Source: Tubiluchus corallicola (Eukaryota > Animalia > Priapulida). From it: a stretch of 64,000 bases of DNA. The notes below the pieces were generated by a model. The model was not told the origin of the DNA. It was given only the letters and a program-made list of their open reading frames with translations, and did no database searches. Positions 25,333 through 38,817 of this stretch are shown here, piece by piece; positions within the stretch are counted from its first letter, which is position 1; the number at the start of each line of letters is the position of its first letter. Both the position numbers and the translations under genes were made by a program. The stretch spans positions 696,447-760,446 of the forward strand of contig JAQGDQ010000013.1 of NCBI GenBank assembly GCA_030141605.1. Direction: 5' to 3'.

Positions 25333-27645
25333 ATGGCAAATAGTAAAAAATATGCTTGGCTAGATGAAGAGGCGTCACCTACTAATTCGGCTACAAATAA
25401 AGGCTGCGAGGCAGGTCATTTAAACGAAGAATACCCAGAATCACAAGATTTCTCATCTGCGGTGGTGTCTAAGGATGGATTTATCCTACCTGTATCTGTC
25501 TTACCTCGTCAACGTAAGCCAAACAAAAAACGCGTTGAATTGACTTTAGAACAGCGAATGATGGTGGTGCAATTGTCTGAAGGTGGAAAAAGTCAACGCA
25601 AAATTGTCGAGAGCTTCAACTGTGGCAAGACACAGGTGCATAGGATATTACAGCGTAAAGAAGAAGTCAAAGACGCATTCTATAACCTTCAGCAACCCAC
25701 ACGTAAAAGAATTAAAACTAAGTTGCAGTATGATGACATTGATGACCTGACATTCGAGTGGTATTTATCTGCTAAAGAAAGAAGTGTCCCAGTAACAGGT
25801 AAGTTTATATACTACTCTCATTATTTTCAGAAAGAAAAAGCCTTAAGAATTATTAAATGGATCATATTTCTAATTACAATATTAATTTTTCTCCTTATTT
25901 AATTACTGCCAGTCTAGTGGAATTTGTTTTGTAAATACACTATTACCATTACTAACATGAGTTTTTGTTAACAGGGGCAGCATTGCAAGACATGGCTAAG
26001 CATTTTGCCAAAACGAAAGGCATAAAGTCATTCAGAGCTTCTAATGGATGGCTTTCGTCGTTTATGAAACGAAACAATATTGTGCTGTCTTCTCCACATC
26101 GTCTTAATGCTGGTTCAGATTCTGCACCAGCAACTACCTTAGATGATTGGCATCAGTTACTTCGTTCTTTATTAGCTGTACACAAACCCAAAGATGTCTT
26201 CGCTCTTGCTGAAACGGGACTATACTACAGTGCATTGCCAGATAGCACATTGCTTGTAAATAACAGTGAAGCTACTGCTGACTGTGACACTAAGCTTATG
26301 GAAGATTCCTCAACCCTATTAGTGTGCACAAGCATGCTAGGAGAAAAATTCCCACTTACAATAATTGGAGCTAGTGATGTTTCTTCCAGTGATAATGATT
26401 CTTTGATGCTTACTGGAGAGTTTCTAAGCAACAAAGATTGTGTAGTCTCAAGAGACATAGTTAGGTGTTGTTTGAACAAGTTGCATACAAAAATGCAAAC
26501 ATTTGGGCGTAAAATTGTGTTATTTATTGATGAAAAACTCTTCAGTCCTGAGTATGTTTTCAGCAACATAACAATGGTACCATTTCCGTCTGCAGACCTT
26601 AACTATATTTGTCCCTTTTGTCAAGGTATTTTCAGGGTATTTAAATGCATATATAGAAAAAAGCTTCTTGATTACTTTCTGGGACTGCATTTACTGGATT
26701 CATCAGCAGTTTCTCAACGTATATCGTTATTAGATGCAGGACACTGGATAGAGCAAGCTTGGGGTGAAGTACCAAAGGAAATTATCATTAACAGTTTTTT
26801 ACTTTCTGGATTTGCTGCAGAAGAAAGAAATGGCAGTTATTAAGCTTGAAAGAAGCTCGGATGATATAGAAACTCAGTTAAAGAACCTTGTGGAATTATA
26901 CCAGAAGGTTGTTTCTACTGATTGTAGTGTTGTTAATTACATCTCCATTGATGATAACTTGCATGTATGTAATCATCAGTTTCCTGTTGAGCAGAAAGAG
27001 GGTAAAGTTACAGTTTCGCAGACAAGCGATGCTGAACATATTAAATCTGAGTTATGCATGCAAGTAAATGAGGCGACAGAAGAACAAAACTCGTTACATG
27101 AAAGTGAAACCCGTCTACCTGACGCTGCAATGTTGAAAAACGAATCGCCATTACGTAGCAAAGAACAAATTGGCATAAAAATTGAATTTGAACTAGAAGA
27201 TAGTAGTATGTCTTGTAGCTCTTTGCAAAGTGAAGAGAGTGCTGTTTGCAAAGCTTCCCTATCTCCACAACCAAAAATTACTGCTTTAAATTCGGAAATG
27301 GGTGATCTTAAACACTTTGAAGTTGAGAGATTCACAAAGACGAGTATGGTTCCAGAGAAACAGGAGAAATCCTACTTGCGCAATATAAGTTTTCCACAAA
27401 GTGCTGCACTTTCTGGAGACGTCAAAGGAAAGTTCCACATAGAAGACAAAAAGTTAAACCTGCATGAATTTAGACAGAGATCTGAGCCAAAATGTCATTC
27501 ATCTCATGTTATGACCTTGGCTGATGCTGCACTTGCATTGCAGGACATTCGTCAGTTTGCAGCTGCTCAAGGATATTCTGATTTAGTTTCCATAATTGCA
27601 GCTGCTGAGAATAATGTATCAAGAAAACTCAACAAAAATGACTAA
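25333..27645 (+). CDS. Tigger/pogo transposase-derived (TIGD/CENP-B-like) protein; 2 exons, degenerate DDE, +1 frameshift near 26820-26843
   Basis: Exon 25333-25798 (psq-like HTH: KRVELTLEQR...KSQRKIVESFNCGKTQVHRIL). GT-AG intron 25799-25974 with ACTAAC branch point. Exon 2 continues the CENP-B HTH (FRASNGWLSSFMKRNNI) and DDE_1-like region. The TIGD-like C-terminus (YISIDDNL..., TLADAALALQDIRQF) lies in the +1 frame. Confidence 0.8.
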
Positions 27646-30111
27646 ACCACAAAAAACAGCATCCGGTCTGATAGAAGTACACCAGGTTTTATTCAAGAGA
27701 ACAGTGTCATTCGGGACATCATCTAATTCTTGAACTCTTGCTTTTTATTAGAGGCATATACGTCTGATGAGGTGTATTCGTTTCTTTTGCATTGCAACAA
27801 CTTAGATGCTTACTAGGCGATAGAGCGTACTACATTTAAAGAGTGGAAGATTTGTCATGATTTAACAAAAGAGATGTTTATAAATGTGATTGCAAATTGT
27901 GCTGTAAAGAAATAAAAGTAGTTTTTTTATCATTTTCATTACTTTATTGTCACTTTGACACCTTCATGTTGTACGTTTTATGCAACTTTTTTATACTGCC
28001 ATATCTTTCTATTGATCTGTTCATATCATTTAAATTATGTGCTTCAGTTATGCAACTTTACTCTAGAAATGGAGCCTCTAGTTTGTTCAGTACAAAAAGC
28101 AACAATGGCAGCCATGTTGTTTGTCCGTATTTGAAGTTACGTCTTCGTTTATTATTATCTGCTTTTTTCTGTTTGTAGCCATTGCGACACTCACAAACTG
28201 TAATTGGTCAAATTACCTTTACGTAACGGGCTAAAACCATTCTGAAAATCATTTCTGACAACATCTCCAACCATTGAACCAAATTGCAAAGAGATTCAAA
28301 GTTTTATTGTCCAACGTATCCGTCTTCAGGGACTGTAATGAAAAATATCACTTAAAGAAATTTACCAGGAGGTTGTGTTGTTATAAATTCGTAGTTAGTT
28401 CTATAAATTTATATCATCCATTATGGCTTTACCTAGCCTTGACATTAGATTGAAAATTGCATAATGTTGCTGTTAATTTTAAATTTTGCTATTTAGCGCT
28501 TTTTTTACAATTAGTGACGGTCAATTTTAGCTGAAAAATGTTAGACAATAAATTTTTGACTGTCCGTTTGGTAATAATAACTTTATTGATTTTGGTTACT
28601 TATCTTTAAGTACAGAATTTTTTACTGTAGTTTTTAGTATTGCTTGTTTTATTTTTCATTTCATTTATTTCAGCTAGTGGTCATTGTCTTAAGCCATAAA
28701 AATACAATAATTACTAACAAACTAATTATAAAACTGTAAAAGTACAACTTACACAAAAATTAAGAAGAAAAGTTAGTTAAAATATTTGCAAAAATGACAA
28801 ACATTATAATTATATTTCAATAAGCAAAAATGTTTGAGAATATAAAACATCACTATTGTAAATTACATGTTTTAATAAACCACTACATCACGGCATCCAA
28901 GATTATATGTGCATATACACAAAATCGCCTTAAATAATTAATATTTTCTACTCAAATTGTATAAGGTCGTATACCATATCTGTATTTGATGGATTTACTA
29001 CAGCTGTGTAGTTAGCAGACTTTAGCGTGTTAAAATTGTGCAAGTAATATTTCGTCTAGAGATTGGAGCAATAACAATATGGTTTAAATTGTATACGTTT
29101 TATATCCTTCGAACGACAAGGATGACTTTCCAAATATCGAAATTTGAGTTGATGTATTAAGACGTTTGTTTATGTGTTTATTAAGGTCATTTTGCGTTTA
29201 TTTGTTAGCACAGTAATTAAGTATAAAGATCTCGAACTTTAGTTTTAAAACTGGAAGCGGTTTCTCAATCGCTTAAAGCAATTACTCAATTTGGACATGA
29301 TGAATCATTAAAATATGACATTGTGAGATTACAAAGTCTACACGTGGCGTAAATCGCGTGTATTGACATTGGGTAGTGTGATATTTCATCATTCGTTTCA
29401 GTTATTTACCAATCTCCTCCAAGTACACGTCATGTGACCACGTGTTCCGGCTGTGAGTAATAGCGCATGTTATCTTTGCTGGGTGTGCCCACTTTTTCGT
29501 GACTACTGGAGTAGTAATTTCTAGACTGTACTTCTAGATAACATCTTACGGGTACTCTAACATGCCTTCAGGCGTAGTATGAGCTATTTTGCAAAAACAT
29601 TTTTAACAATCTGTTTTCTACAATTTACTATCCTTTTATTGCTGTAATATAGAATTTTCGTACAATTCTGTTACTAATTCATTTTAGATGAGTCACTAAT
29701 ATTAGCATTTTTAACTTCACGTGTTTTGAGTGGTTGATTATTTCTCTACCAATGCAATGATTGCGCGTCTACCTGTTCTACCATCATACTATTTCAATAT
29801 TTAAATTTAATCGGTCCTTCGCATCAGTACTTTGAAAGGGCGTTGATACTACTACTTACTAAAAGGAACGTGTTTTATTTGTTTGGGACAAGTATTGACG
29901 TAGTTGCGAGCACGTTAGCGAGTTAAACAGTTTTCCATCATTACAAAGTCAAAGTTTGTGTGATACAGTATTGAAAGCGATAAGTATGTCTACTGTACTG
30001 CGTGAATTTACACTACTTATTTAACTAGCGTTTAAATGTGCGAACTTTGAACATGTTGTGTGGGTTCATGAGCACTTTTCCTTATAGCTTTGCTGAATGT
30101 GCGTACTTACA

Positions 30112-30717
30112 AGCAAAACCGGACCCACTGTTAAACTGTAGGTCAAAATAACCTATTCTTTAAGATATTGAAAAAACCATACTACTTTTTAAAGAATGAA
30201 TGACCTACGTAAAAAAATTATTATCACACAAATTTCACGTTCGCGCCACTAGTTCTTTGCTGTTACATGCCTTTCACCATTCCGTAGTTAGACGATCACT
30301 AGCGCCTGCATTTCGGTAAGCGTAGCACCAAAAACAGGTGCCATACTTCTCAGTTCAGATGTGTTAGTTTGTGACAAACTGCACGCGTTCGACAGCCTAT
30401 GCGTGAGTGCAGCGGTAAATTTGAATTTGAATTTTTATCGTAATACTTGCTGAGTGTTAGTACAACACACCGAATCTCTTACTACAGTAGCGGTGTACTT
30501 CAATTTATGCTTTCGCAAACGCTCATTGAATGTTTCTGATATTAAAAACTTTGTTAGTTTGTGATGTCATCACTAGTTGGGCTCGCCCGCCGTTAATTAA
30601 GATTTTAATCTGCTATTTAACTATCAGAAACGCTTTTGCAGTACTATTGATGTTAGAATTTAACTTTTTACCGTACTTGAAAATGGTTTAGTATATGAAA
30701 AATCATCCTGTCTTCCT
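30112..30717 (+). mobile_element. Kolobok-like MITE family A, copy 3
   Basis: AGCAAAACCGGACCC...AATCATCCTGTCTTCCT|TTAA. Confidence 0.85.
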
Positions 30718-31135
30718 TTAAATGAACGTTTATAGTTTGTCTAGTATAAGTGCTTGAAAGCAATATGTTAAAAGCAACAAACGTCTTTGCCCATGCGACC
30801 GTTCAAAATTAAGAACATGTTTTATTTAGATGTTGTATTACTTCTAATTTAAGATATACTATATGTAACTCGTTCAAATGTGATTTATCTCTTGTCTACT
30901 CTTACATTTATAACTGTCTTAATTCAATTCAATTTAATTCAACTTTTCCATTAGATTCTATGAGCTCAGTATGTTTAGTACTGGACTTTTCAATTATCAA
31001 TACTAGCACGCCATCCGTTATTTCTAGGAACATTTTGTAAGCATCTCGTGTCTAATTACAGTAGTGATTAGATGTTATTTGTGCATTTGTAATTTTTCAG
31101 CTAGTAGTTTTGTTTCATAATTTCTGAATGTTTTT

Positions 31136-31137
<2 letters not shown>

Positions 31138-31231
<94 letters not shown>

Positions 31232-31246
31232 CGTGCGTGCGTGTGT
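31138..31246. repeat. (GT)n/(GCGT)n microsatellite
   Basis: Directly visible in the sequence. Confidence 0.98.
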
Positions 31247-32309
31247 ATTTTATGATTTCGAGTGTGTGTGCGTATTTGATTGTATAATTTATTTTGTTTT
31301 ATTGTTAATTTTATGGTGTCTATAAAATTTAATAATGACATAGAAATATTAAGTTTTCACGAGGATCGGTTTAAATCAGTTGGACGTTAAACGCCTATTG
31401 TTTAAACATTTGAGCTCCTTTGCCTCTACTGTGTTCGAGTGCAATGCAAGGCTAATCCAATTCATGATTAGTATAACACCCAGACCCAAGATTATTCTCT
31501 TAACCCAGTCTATGTAATTGTGGCTTCGCAAAAATTCGTGCAGTTTGGCTCCAAATTTCTCAGAGCGACAAAAATTACACGTTTTTTCATTTTATTTAGG
31601 GCATTGCAGCCATGGCGTGAACATCTCATGCTGTACGCCTGCGTTTCGTGTAGAAATCCTTGAACACATGTTAAACAGATGTGTCTTTTTCCTTCAGTTT
31701 CTTAACGGAAGGAGTGGTTGTCATTCCGAAAGAAATTTTGTCTACTTCAGGAACCCTGCCCCAAAACCACATGTAGAAACAAACAGTAAAACTGACATTT
31801 GTGTATAAAGAAAATAAATGATGTTGATTGCTAATTGATCCCAGTTAATCAACGTAAAAATAATTTTCATTAAGACGAGCACAAAACTAACTTGTAAAAA
31901 ACTGTGCTCACAAATGTAGAATTAATTTAGATATTCAGTAGACAAAACGGGGTATTTGGGAAACGCCAACGATGCGTTTTGTTATTACTGTTGGAGTTGG
32001 ATCTCAGACGCCCAACTGAAGACTCTCAGGTTAGATAAACGTTATTCAAAAACATTCAAAACACATCAACAATAGTTCACGTGATGGGTAAGGCACTTTT
32101 ACCTCTTCGATTATAAGTCTTAAGCACGTGAACTTAGTAGCCCCAAGGTTAGCTGTGGCAAGAGTTACGTTTGCAATAAGCCAGCTTGCTGTAGCCTACA
32201 AAGTTCATCAAGAGTTGGATGTCAAATGAACATGGGTGCACGCGCTGCTAGCGTGCTTTGCGTTCAAAACTGGTTTTCATCTACGAGTCTTGTTGCATAA
32301 CGTAAAACA

Positions 32310-32925
32310 GGAATTCTGCGAATGCCATATAATCCCAGTTATAGTTTCAAGGTCTCAATGCCGTCATTAAGTATCAGCAAGGCAGTCCTTTAGATTTGTA
32401 GAATGTATTTTACCCGCAGACTGTTTTACATATACAATGTAAATCATGTCAATTATCTGGAACAACTAAATATTTTAGGACTAAAGGCGCCGCCTTCAAG
32501 CAGATTTAGTCATGTGCTATAAAATTGTTCAAAACAGCTGTATCTCGATTTTTTACTAAAGCAATTGTCAACAAAACCAAAAGTAACCATTCGCTCAAAC
32601 TCATTGTTAGACGTACTGAGAAAAAAGCTTTTGGTGACTTTTTCGAAGAGGGTTGTCCCTGTCTGGAACAGCTTATCCGCACAAATAAATGGATTTCCAT
32701 TTGTAACAGCGCAGACCACAAAACTTTTTAAAATGTTTAAAAGTGCTTTGGACTTAATTAGATTTTTGCTTTTTGATAGGCGCTTATAATAAGTAGGTAA
32801 TTTTTACTCAGAGCGTCTCCCCCACATCACTAATTTGATGGTTTTCTTATGTAAACATTTGTTTTATATAAACGTTTGTTTTTATTGTTTGTATGTGATG
32901 TGAAATAAATTAAATTGAATTAATT
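32310..32925 (+). mobile_element. Decayed CR1-type LINE 3' fragment
   Basis: Frameshifted remnants of the CR1 ORF2 C-terminus (Y.EQL..LGL; DL..CYKI; FSKRVVPVWNSL), followed by an AT-rich tail AAATAAATTAAATTGAATT. Confidence 0.65.
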
Positions 32926-33830
32926 AAAGAAATAGTTTCGGGTGAACGTAATGAACCCGCAGTTAAATGCTTTTTAATTAAACTCGACAAGGAAAGAAAA
33001 TGTAGAAGTTAAAAAGTCAATGGTGGTATCACTGGAAAAGAAAACTTACTGAAATTCACCTGATTGCCTCGAGTTTGCTAATGAATTAGTGAAGCATGAC
33101 AAATTATATTTTCTTTACCTAAAAAGTAATGTATAAAAAACATGGAGAAACCTTTCAATGATTTGTAGAACTGCACACGGGTAAACGACTGACGTATTCA
33201 GCTAACTAGATTTTCTTCATTACTCTTGTATGCGCTCACTGTGTTGATCGGTATGTTGACGTCTTCTGTTAGCAACAGAGAGCTGTGAGTATGTCCATTG
33301 ATTTTCTTTTCAGTCATTGCTTACGCTCGCTATGATTCATTGAGCCCAAGCAGGGGAAACCCTGTGTGTATACACGTAAATGTATGTCTGTTAGTCTGTA
33401 CCAGACATGTGACTTTCTTCATTTAATCGGTCAATTTTAGGTACTTGTATGTATAATATAGGCTATTAACAAAGTATTCAATTTGTATAAATAAACGTTC
33501 CACGTAATTTACCTTAGGCTTTCCTTCTTTTCGCAACTAAGATTCACATCTTTATAGTTTGTACTATTGCAAATAGGACCTTTTGTATATTATGCTTATA
33601 TTAGCATTATGCATGTACTCTTATTTAAATGTAGTATTATTTTGTAAAAAGTATGTTTCCTCTACGTTTTGTAAGAGCTATAAACCTGCTTATCGTTTTA
33701 AATAAAGTAATATCTGAACATCTATTCTACAGCATAGGTTAAGCTTTTCGCAAGGATTTATTTAGCTGAAATGACAGTCGTTCCTGTCAAATAAGTAGTG
33801 AAGCGAGTTCGAAGCTGGTAAAGTCAGTTC

Positions 33831-34190
33831 TAGCTTGTGTTCTAGCTACTGTGCTAGGTGAGTGCACGTAATTTCAATATATATGACAGACAATTAAAAG
33901 TCGTGGACGTTTATCACACGGATTGAGGTAAATTATAAAAGATGATCTATGGTTATGGTACTTAATCGCGGCGCGAGTTTAAATCCCTGAATACATTTAA
34001 TCGTATCATAATAATAGCTTGTGTTCTAGCTACTGTGCCAACTGAATGGATGAAATTTCAATATATGACAACCAATTAACGTTGAAGTCGCATCTGCCTG
34101 TCACGGATTGAAGAAAATTATAACAGGTGATCTATCGTTATGGTACCTATTCGCGGAGTACATTTAATCCTACCATGATAATGTGTTAGC
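33831..34190. repeat. Diverged ~185-bp tandem duplication
   Basis: TAGCTTGTGTTCTAGCTACTGTGC...CACGGATTGA...GATCTAT.GTTATGGTAC at 33831 and 34015. Confidence 0.8.
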
Positions 34191-36426
34191 ACCTGTTATA
34201 TTTATATGCCAATTCTGAGTTCATTGTAGTGCGATATGAAATAATCATTCCCGGAAACCTTTATTCTACGAAATAAAAAAATTATGATCGGCCGCTGAAT
34301 AAACGAAAAATTTTCTACTAGTTGTTAAAAAGTGGAAACATTTTTTCTCGTGGTCTGTGGTTGTTATGTTGAATTCACTTTGGTTGACCCTGCTGTAAAT
34401 GGCGCGCATGCTGAAACGCTTTCAAGGTTTCCTTTGTGTTTCTGGCTGAGCGTCGCTGTGGAATTTCATGTTGGCGGTGGTGGCGGAGTTAGATTTTGGC
34501 CTCGGGTATCGATTGGGCTGATTCAGAGAACTTGTAAACGTAACTACTCCGTATTGACTTATGTAATCACTTAGTTTACTTGTAAATTTAGTGTTTACGT
34601 ACGTTGTTAAGTGACATACCGCGAACTTTTCACAAATACCGGAAAATGGTAACTACTGTACTCATCAGTCGTAGATTCAGTGCAAACTGGTAGATTTAGA
34701 TTTTGAAGATTTCTTCACTTTCGCTTCCATCACACATTTGCGAGGACATAATTATAAACTTTTTGTCAATTATTCTAGGCTGAACGTGTATAAATACGTT
34801 TTTTTAATTTTTTTAAACATAAATTGTTGTATATGGAATAACCTCAGTTATGATTTTTGTCAATTCACCCAGTTTATCAGTTTTTAGTAGGAAGCTAGTC
34901 GAAAATATTGCTTGTTAAAATATTGCAAATTTTAATATATTTTTTTTATAAAACATTATTACCCTAGTGCAATAATCCCTTCCAATTTTGATAAATTTAC
35001 ACTTTTTATATAACTTATTGAATTTTTATTTTATCATATTTTAGTGTGAGTAATGTAAATTTTATTCAATGTAAACTGATGTATTTTTATTTTGCCACTT
35101 CACAATCTGGGCTGGCGTAACAGCTAACAGCCTGCCTAACCTCATTTTTTATAAAATAGTTTACATTTTAAAAACGTTCTTAATAAATAAATATAAATAA
35201 ATTAACCGTACATCATGAAAGTCACGTAGTATTTTAATACCTGTACAGCATTTAGTGCAACACTACTAGAATTGGGGATGCTACTGCATTCTTTCTATTA
35301 TAGTCATGCTTGCTTATAATATGACAACCTGATATTATTGCTTTCATACGGTGTTATACATTATTCCCTACATTCTACGATTGGATTGGATTTCATACTC
35401 AAACTGTTGCAGCGTAAGTCACAAAAACTCCATTCTACAAACTTCATTTTAATTAATAGCACGCTTGACTTTTACTATGTACAGTCAGCGTAAGAAAACG
35501 TAATCACAGCTGCATGTAATCAAATCACGTAAAATAATAATTTAAACTGGTTTTACACATTTACTGTATGTCTGCAAGAATAACAATCAGCCGTAAGGGG
35601 TGCTAGTGTTGCAGCTAGCTTAGATCGTTGCACCTGCAAGCCATTGTGTGAGGTCCTATGTTCCATTCTATTGTCTCCTGTGAGTCATGCTTTCCAACTG
35701 GCACGCTGACTAGGCTCTGTAGGGCTAACGCCATCTGGCTAGATATTAACCTGGTTTAATGTTTCAGATTTTCACTGTAAACTGAACTTCAAACAGCAGA
35801 ACTGATAATTAGAGCTCTGTTTCAGACCTCAGCACAAGTGTTTTTGAAATAAATCCTCGCGAAGTTATTAAATATCATCTTTCTGTTTTATTTCATTTAT
35901 ACCAGTGCATGCTGGACTGTGGTACATAGGAACGAAGATCGATTACGATCATTCTGTGGTGTAATTCATTAATAAAACTATATCGTACTATCATCAATGC
36001 ATGTGCTGCAGTTTTCACTGCACCAACTTGCAATTTGGCTGGGCGCCTATAACAACAAGAAGCCTATTTAGCGCTGCTTAGTTCACTGCTCGCTAGCCAG
36101 GATGTAGTATTTTTGGAAACACTATTTAGATTAGAGGTCAGAAAGTTCACTATAATGGAATATTTTAGGGTTCGCGCAGCCTGCTCAGTAGTATAAAGTT
36201 GTTAAACAATAAACTGTGCTTCGATTTATTCCCATTATGAACATCAGTAATTATTTTTGGTAGATTATGCAGCGGGTCTGGTACAATGGGGGCGGTATTT
36301 GTACCCTCAAAATGGCTACAATGATGATCGTGCATTAAACAAGAATGGCTATCAAGTACATAATGTTAACCAAAAATTTCATGAACAGCTTAAAATTTCT
36401 ACTTTTTACAGGGTTTTATCTCTGTA

Positions 36427-36457
<31 letters not shown>

Positions 36458-37882
36458 ACTACTACTATTGTATACTGACATAATAACGTAGTCGTCTTCG
36501 TTTGTGTGAGCATCTTTTTATAATATAAGTAACCTATATGCGTGCAGTAAAAATTTTTTCGACTGTTTCAACCGCTACTAGGCGTATTAACTACATTGTG
36601 AAACTCTGAAACATTCAAAAACTTTAAGAGCGGCGTGGTTTGTCAGCCGTTGAATTCATTGCACAGAAACGAGACATTTCATCGATGCCAAGTGTACGTG
36701 ACGTCATCACTGAAGCTTCGATCCACAGCAAACGGTGGCTTCGCGATCGTATAACCTTATAAAACCACACGTAGGCGTACTAAGCTGTGCATAGTGTAAG
36801 GGGGAATTTAGGACTTTGGAAAGCGTGCGATGTTTCTTGTACGAAAGCGGAAATATCGAGTGTTAATACTGAGCCGTTTAGTCAGCAATTTGAAGTTACG
36901 CGCGTAGCTTTTTTAGTGTTTTCCTGCTGAACAATAACACGAGGAAGTAGTTTAGTGTAGATGATAATCATGCCTGTAATTACTGACTGAATGACAGTCA
37001 GCAAACAAGTGGGCAATAAGTAGCTTGAACCTGTTTCATAATTGTATATTAAAACAGCCACTGAACTCTTGGTAAATCAACAATATGGAAGCGAAGTTTT
37101 GAATGTTTTTCACAAGTCAAATACTCGTTCCATAACCTTTATTACAACCTGTTATGTAAATTTTGCTCTGTTCAGTGCAGTGTGATGATATTGAGGATAA
37201 GAGGGTCGTGAGAACGAAGAAAAGGTCAGAAAAATGAATTGTGGCAAACTGAAAGGGTTGTTGTGGAATGTACCACTTTATTACTTTCCAGGGTAGTAGT
37301 TTATAGGCGGCAGGGGAAGTTCTGAATGGTTTTTTTGTGTTTGCTGCCATATTTATGTCTCTTTTATTTTCTCTCTTTCGTTATTTTGGAAAAATACAAC
37401 TCTAATAACTCTGTTACCATTATCATGAATAAAAAAATCCCACAATTAAAAAACAGCAAGTAAAGAAAGAGGGCACGAGACAAGTACCATTGAATTTCTT
37501 CTTCAGGTGAACTGTTACCTGAAGCATTGAAGTGAAATTATTACCACAGCCATTGGACTAGCCATTTTAACTACGGCATTTTTTATTCGTTGTTAATATC
37601 ATCTGTGTAACCGCTTTTATGTCTATTCCACCAGGCTGTGTCTTTGCTGCTTTACTACTGTATACCCGTAAATGTCTGGAGTATTTATTACACTGTACAT
37701 ATGCTATGTTGCACCGTTATCACCTAGCGTATATGATTGGTACATGGATTAAAGGCAATTTTATCAATTTAATACTTACGTTCTATAATTTGCGTGTAAA
37801 ACGTGTTGCATATTCATTATCTGTCTCTAGGAGGATACACCCTAGTATCTCGCTGTCACAGAAATCTTGATCGTTGTATTAA

Positions 37883-38817
37883 AGGAAAACTAGACCCAAT
37901 TTTAAAGTTATTTCAGTTATTTTCAGTTTGATTTTTTTTATTATGCACTTATTATCACTGTGTATGAATTGTACTAACGCGTTATAAGCATATCAATTTA
38001 CTGTCATTGGTAACAATTAAATTTTTATTATAAGCAGTACTAACACTATAATACACTGTAACATAGCGCCTATAAAAAATGTTCATCACTAACCAAAGGG
38101 CAGCTGACTAGATGACCAATTGGTCTTTCGCTGCCCTTTCTTCACATTTTTGTTTCCAAATTAATTGTAATATAACTGTGCGTGTGTTATAAGATAAATA
38201 AATATTATTATTATATTATTATTATTATTATTATTAGTAGTAGTAGTAGTATTATTAAACTGTAGGTCAAAACAATCTACCCTTTAAAATATTGAAAGAA
38301 AACGCACTATTTTTTTGAATGCGTTACATGAAATAATTATTACCGCACAAACACAATTTCGCGTTCGTGTCACTAGTTCTTCGCTATTGCATGCATTTCG
38401 CCATTCGATCAGAAATGCATTGCACTAAAAACAAATGCTGCACCCTCATTTCAGAGGTACTCGTTTGTGACATACTGCACGCGTTCGACAGTTGATGTGT
38501 GAGCACTGCGGTAAATTTGAATTTTTATCTTAAAACTTGCTGAGTTTTAGTACAACGCACTGAATATTTTACAGTAGCACTGTGCTTCAATTTTCGCTTT
38601 CGCAAACACGTGCAACACACTCGTGAAATATTTTGCTGCCGAAAATTGTGTGCGTTTGTGATGTCATCAATAGTTGGGCTCGCCTGTCGTTAATTAACTT
38701 TTTGATATATTATTTAATTATCAGAAACACTTCCAGTATTAATTGTGTAAAATGTATACTTATTATCGGACTTGAAAATGGGGTAGTACATATGAAAAAT
38801 CATCCGGTCTCATTCCT
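37883..38817 (+). mobile_element. Kolobok-like MITE family A, copy 4, interrupted by an insertion at 37907-38254
   Basis: First 24 bp of the element at 37883-37906; the rest resumes at 38255 (TTAAACTGTAGGTCAAAACAATC). TTAA flanks at 37879 and 38818. Confidence 0.8.
37907..38254 (+). mobile_element. 5'-truncated non-LTR retroelement 3'UTR nested in the MITE
   Basis: Stem-loop AAAGGGCAGC...GCTGCCCTTT, AATAAA and (ATT)n(AGT)n tail, flanked by duplicated TTAAA. A related GACTAGATGACC motif occurs inverted at ~59790-59825. Confidence 0.6.

Noticed and set aside
26769-26820. 52-nt intron (GAA|GTACCA...TGCAG) that would repair the TIGD frameshift
   Set aside because: The phase fits, but the donor is weak and splicing would delete the conserved V...IINSF..SGF helix. 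Not fully excluded without RNA-seq.
31128-31341. CVCV / HTHT ORFs
   Set aside because: Translations of a (GT)n microsatellite.
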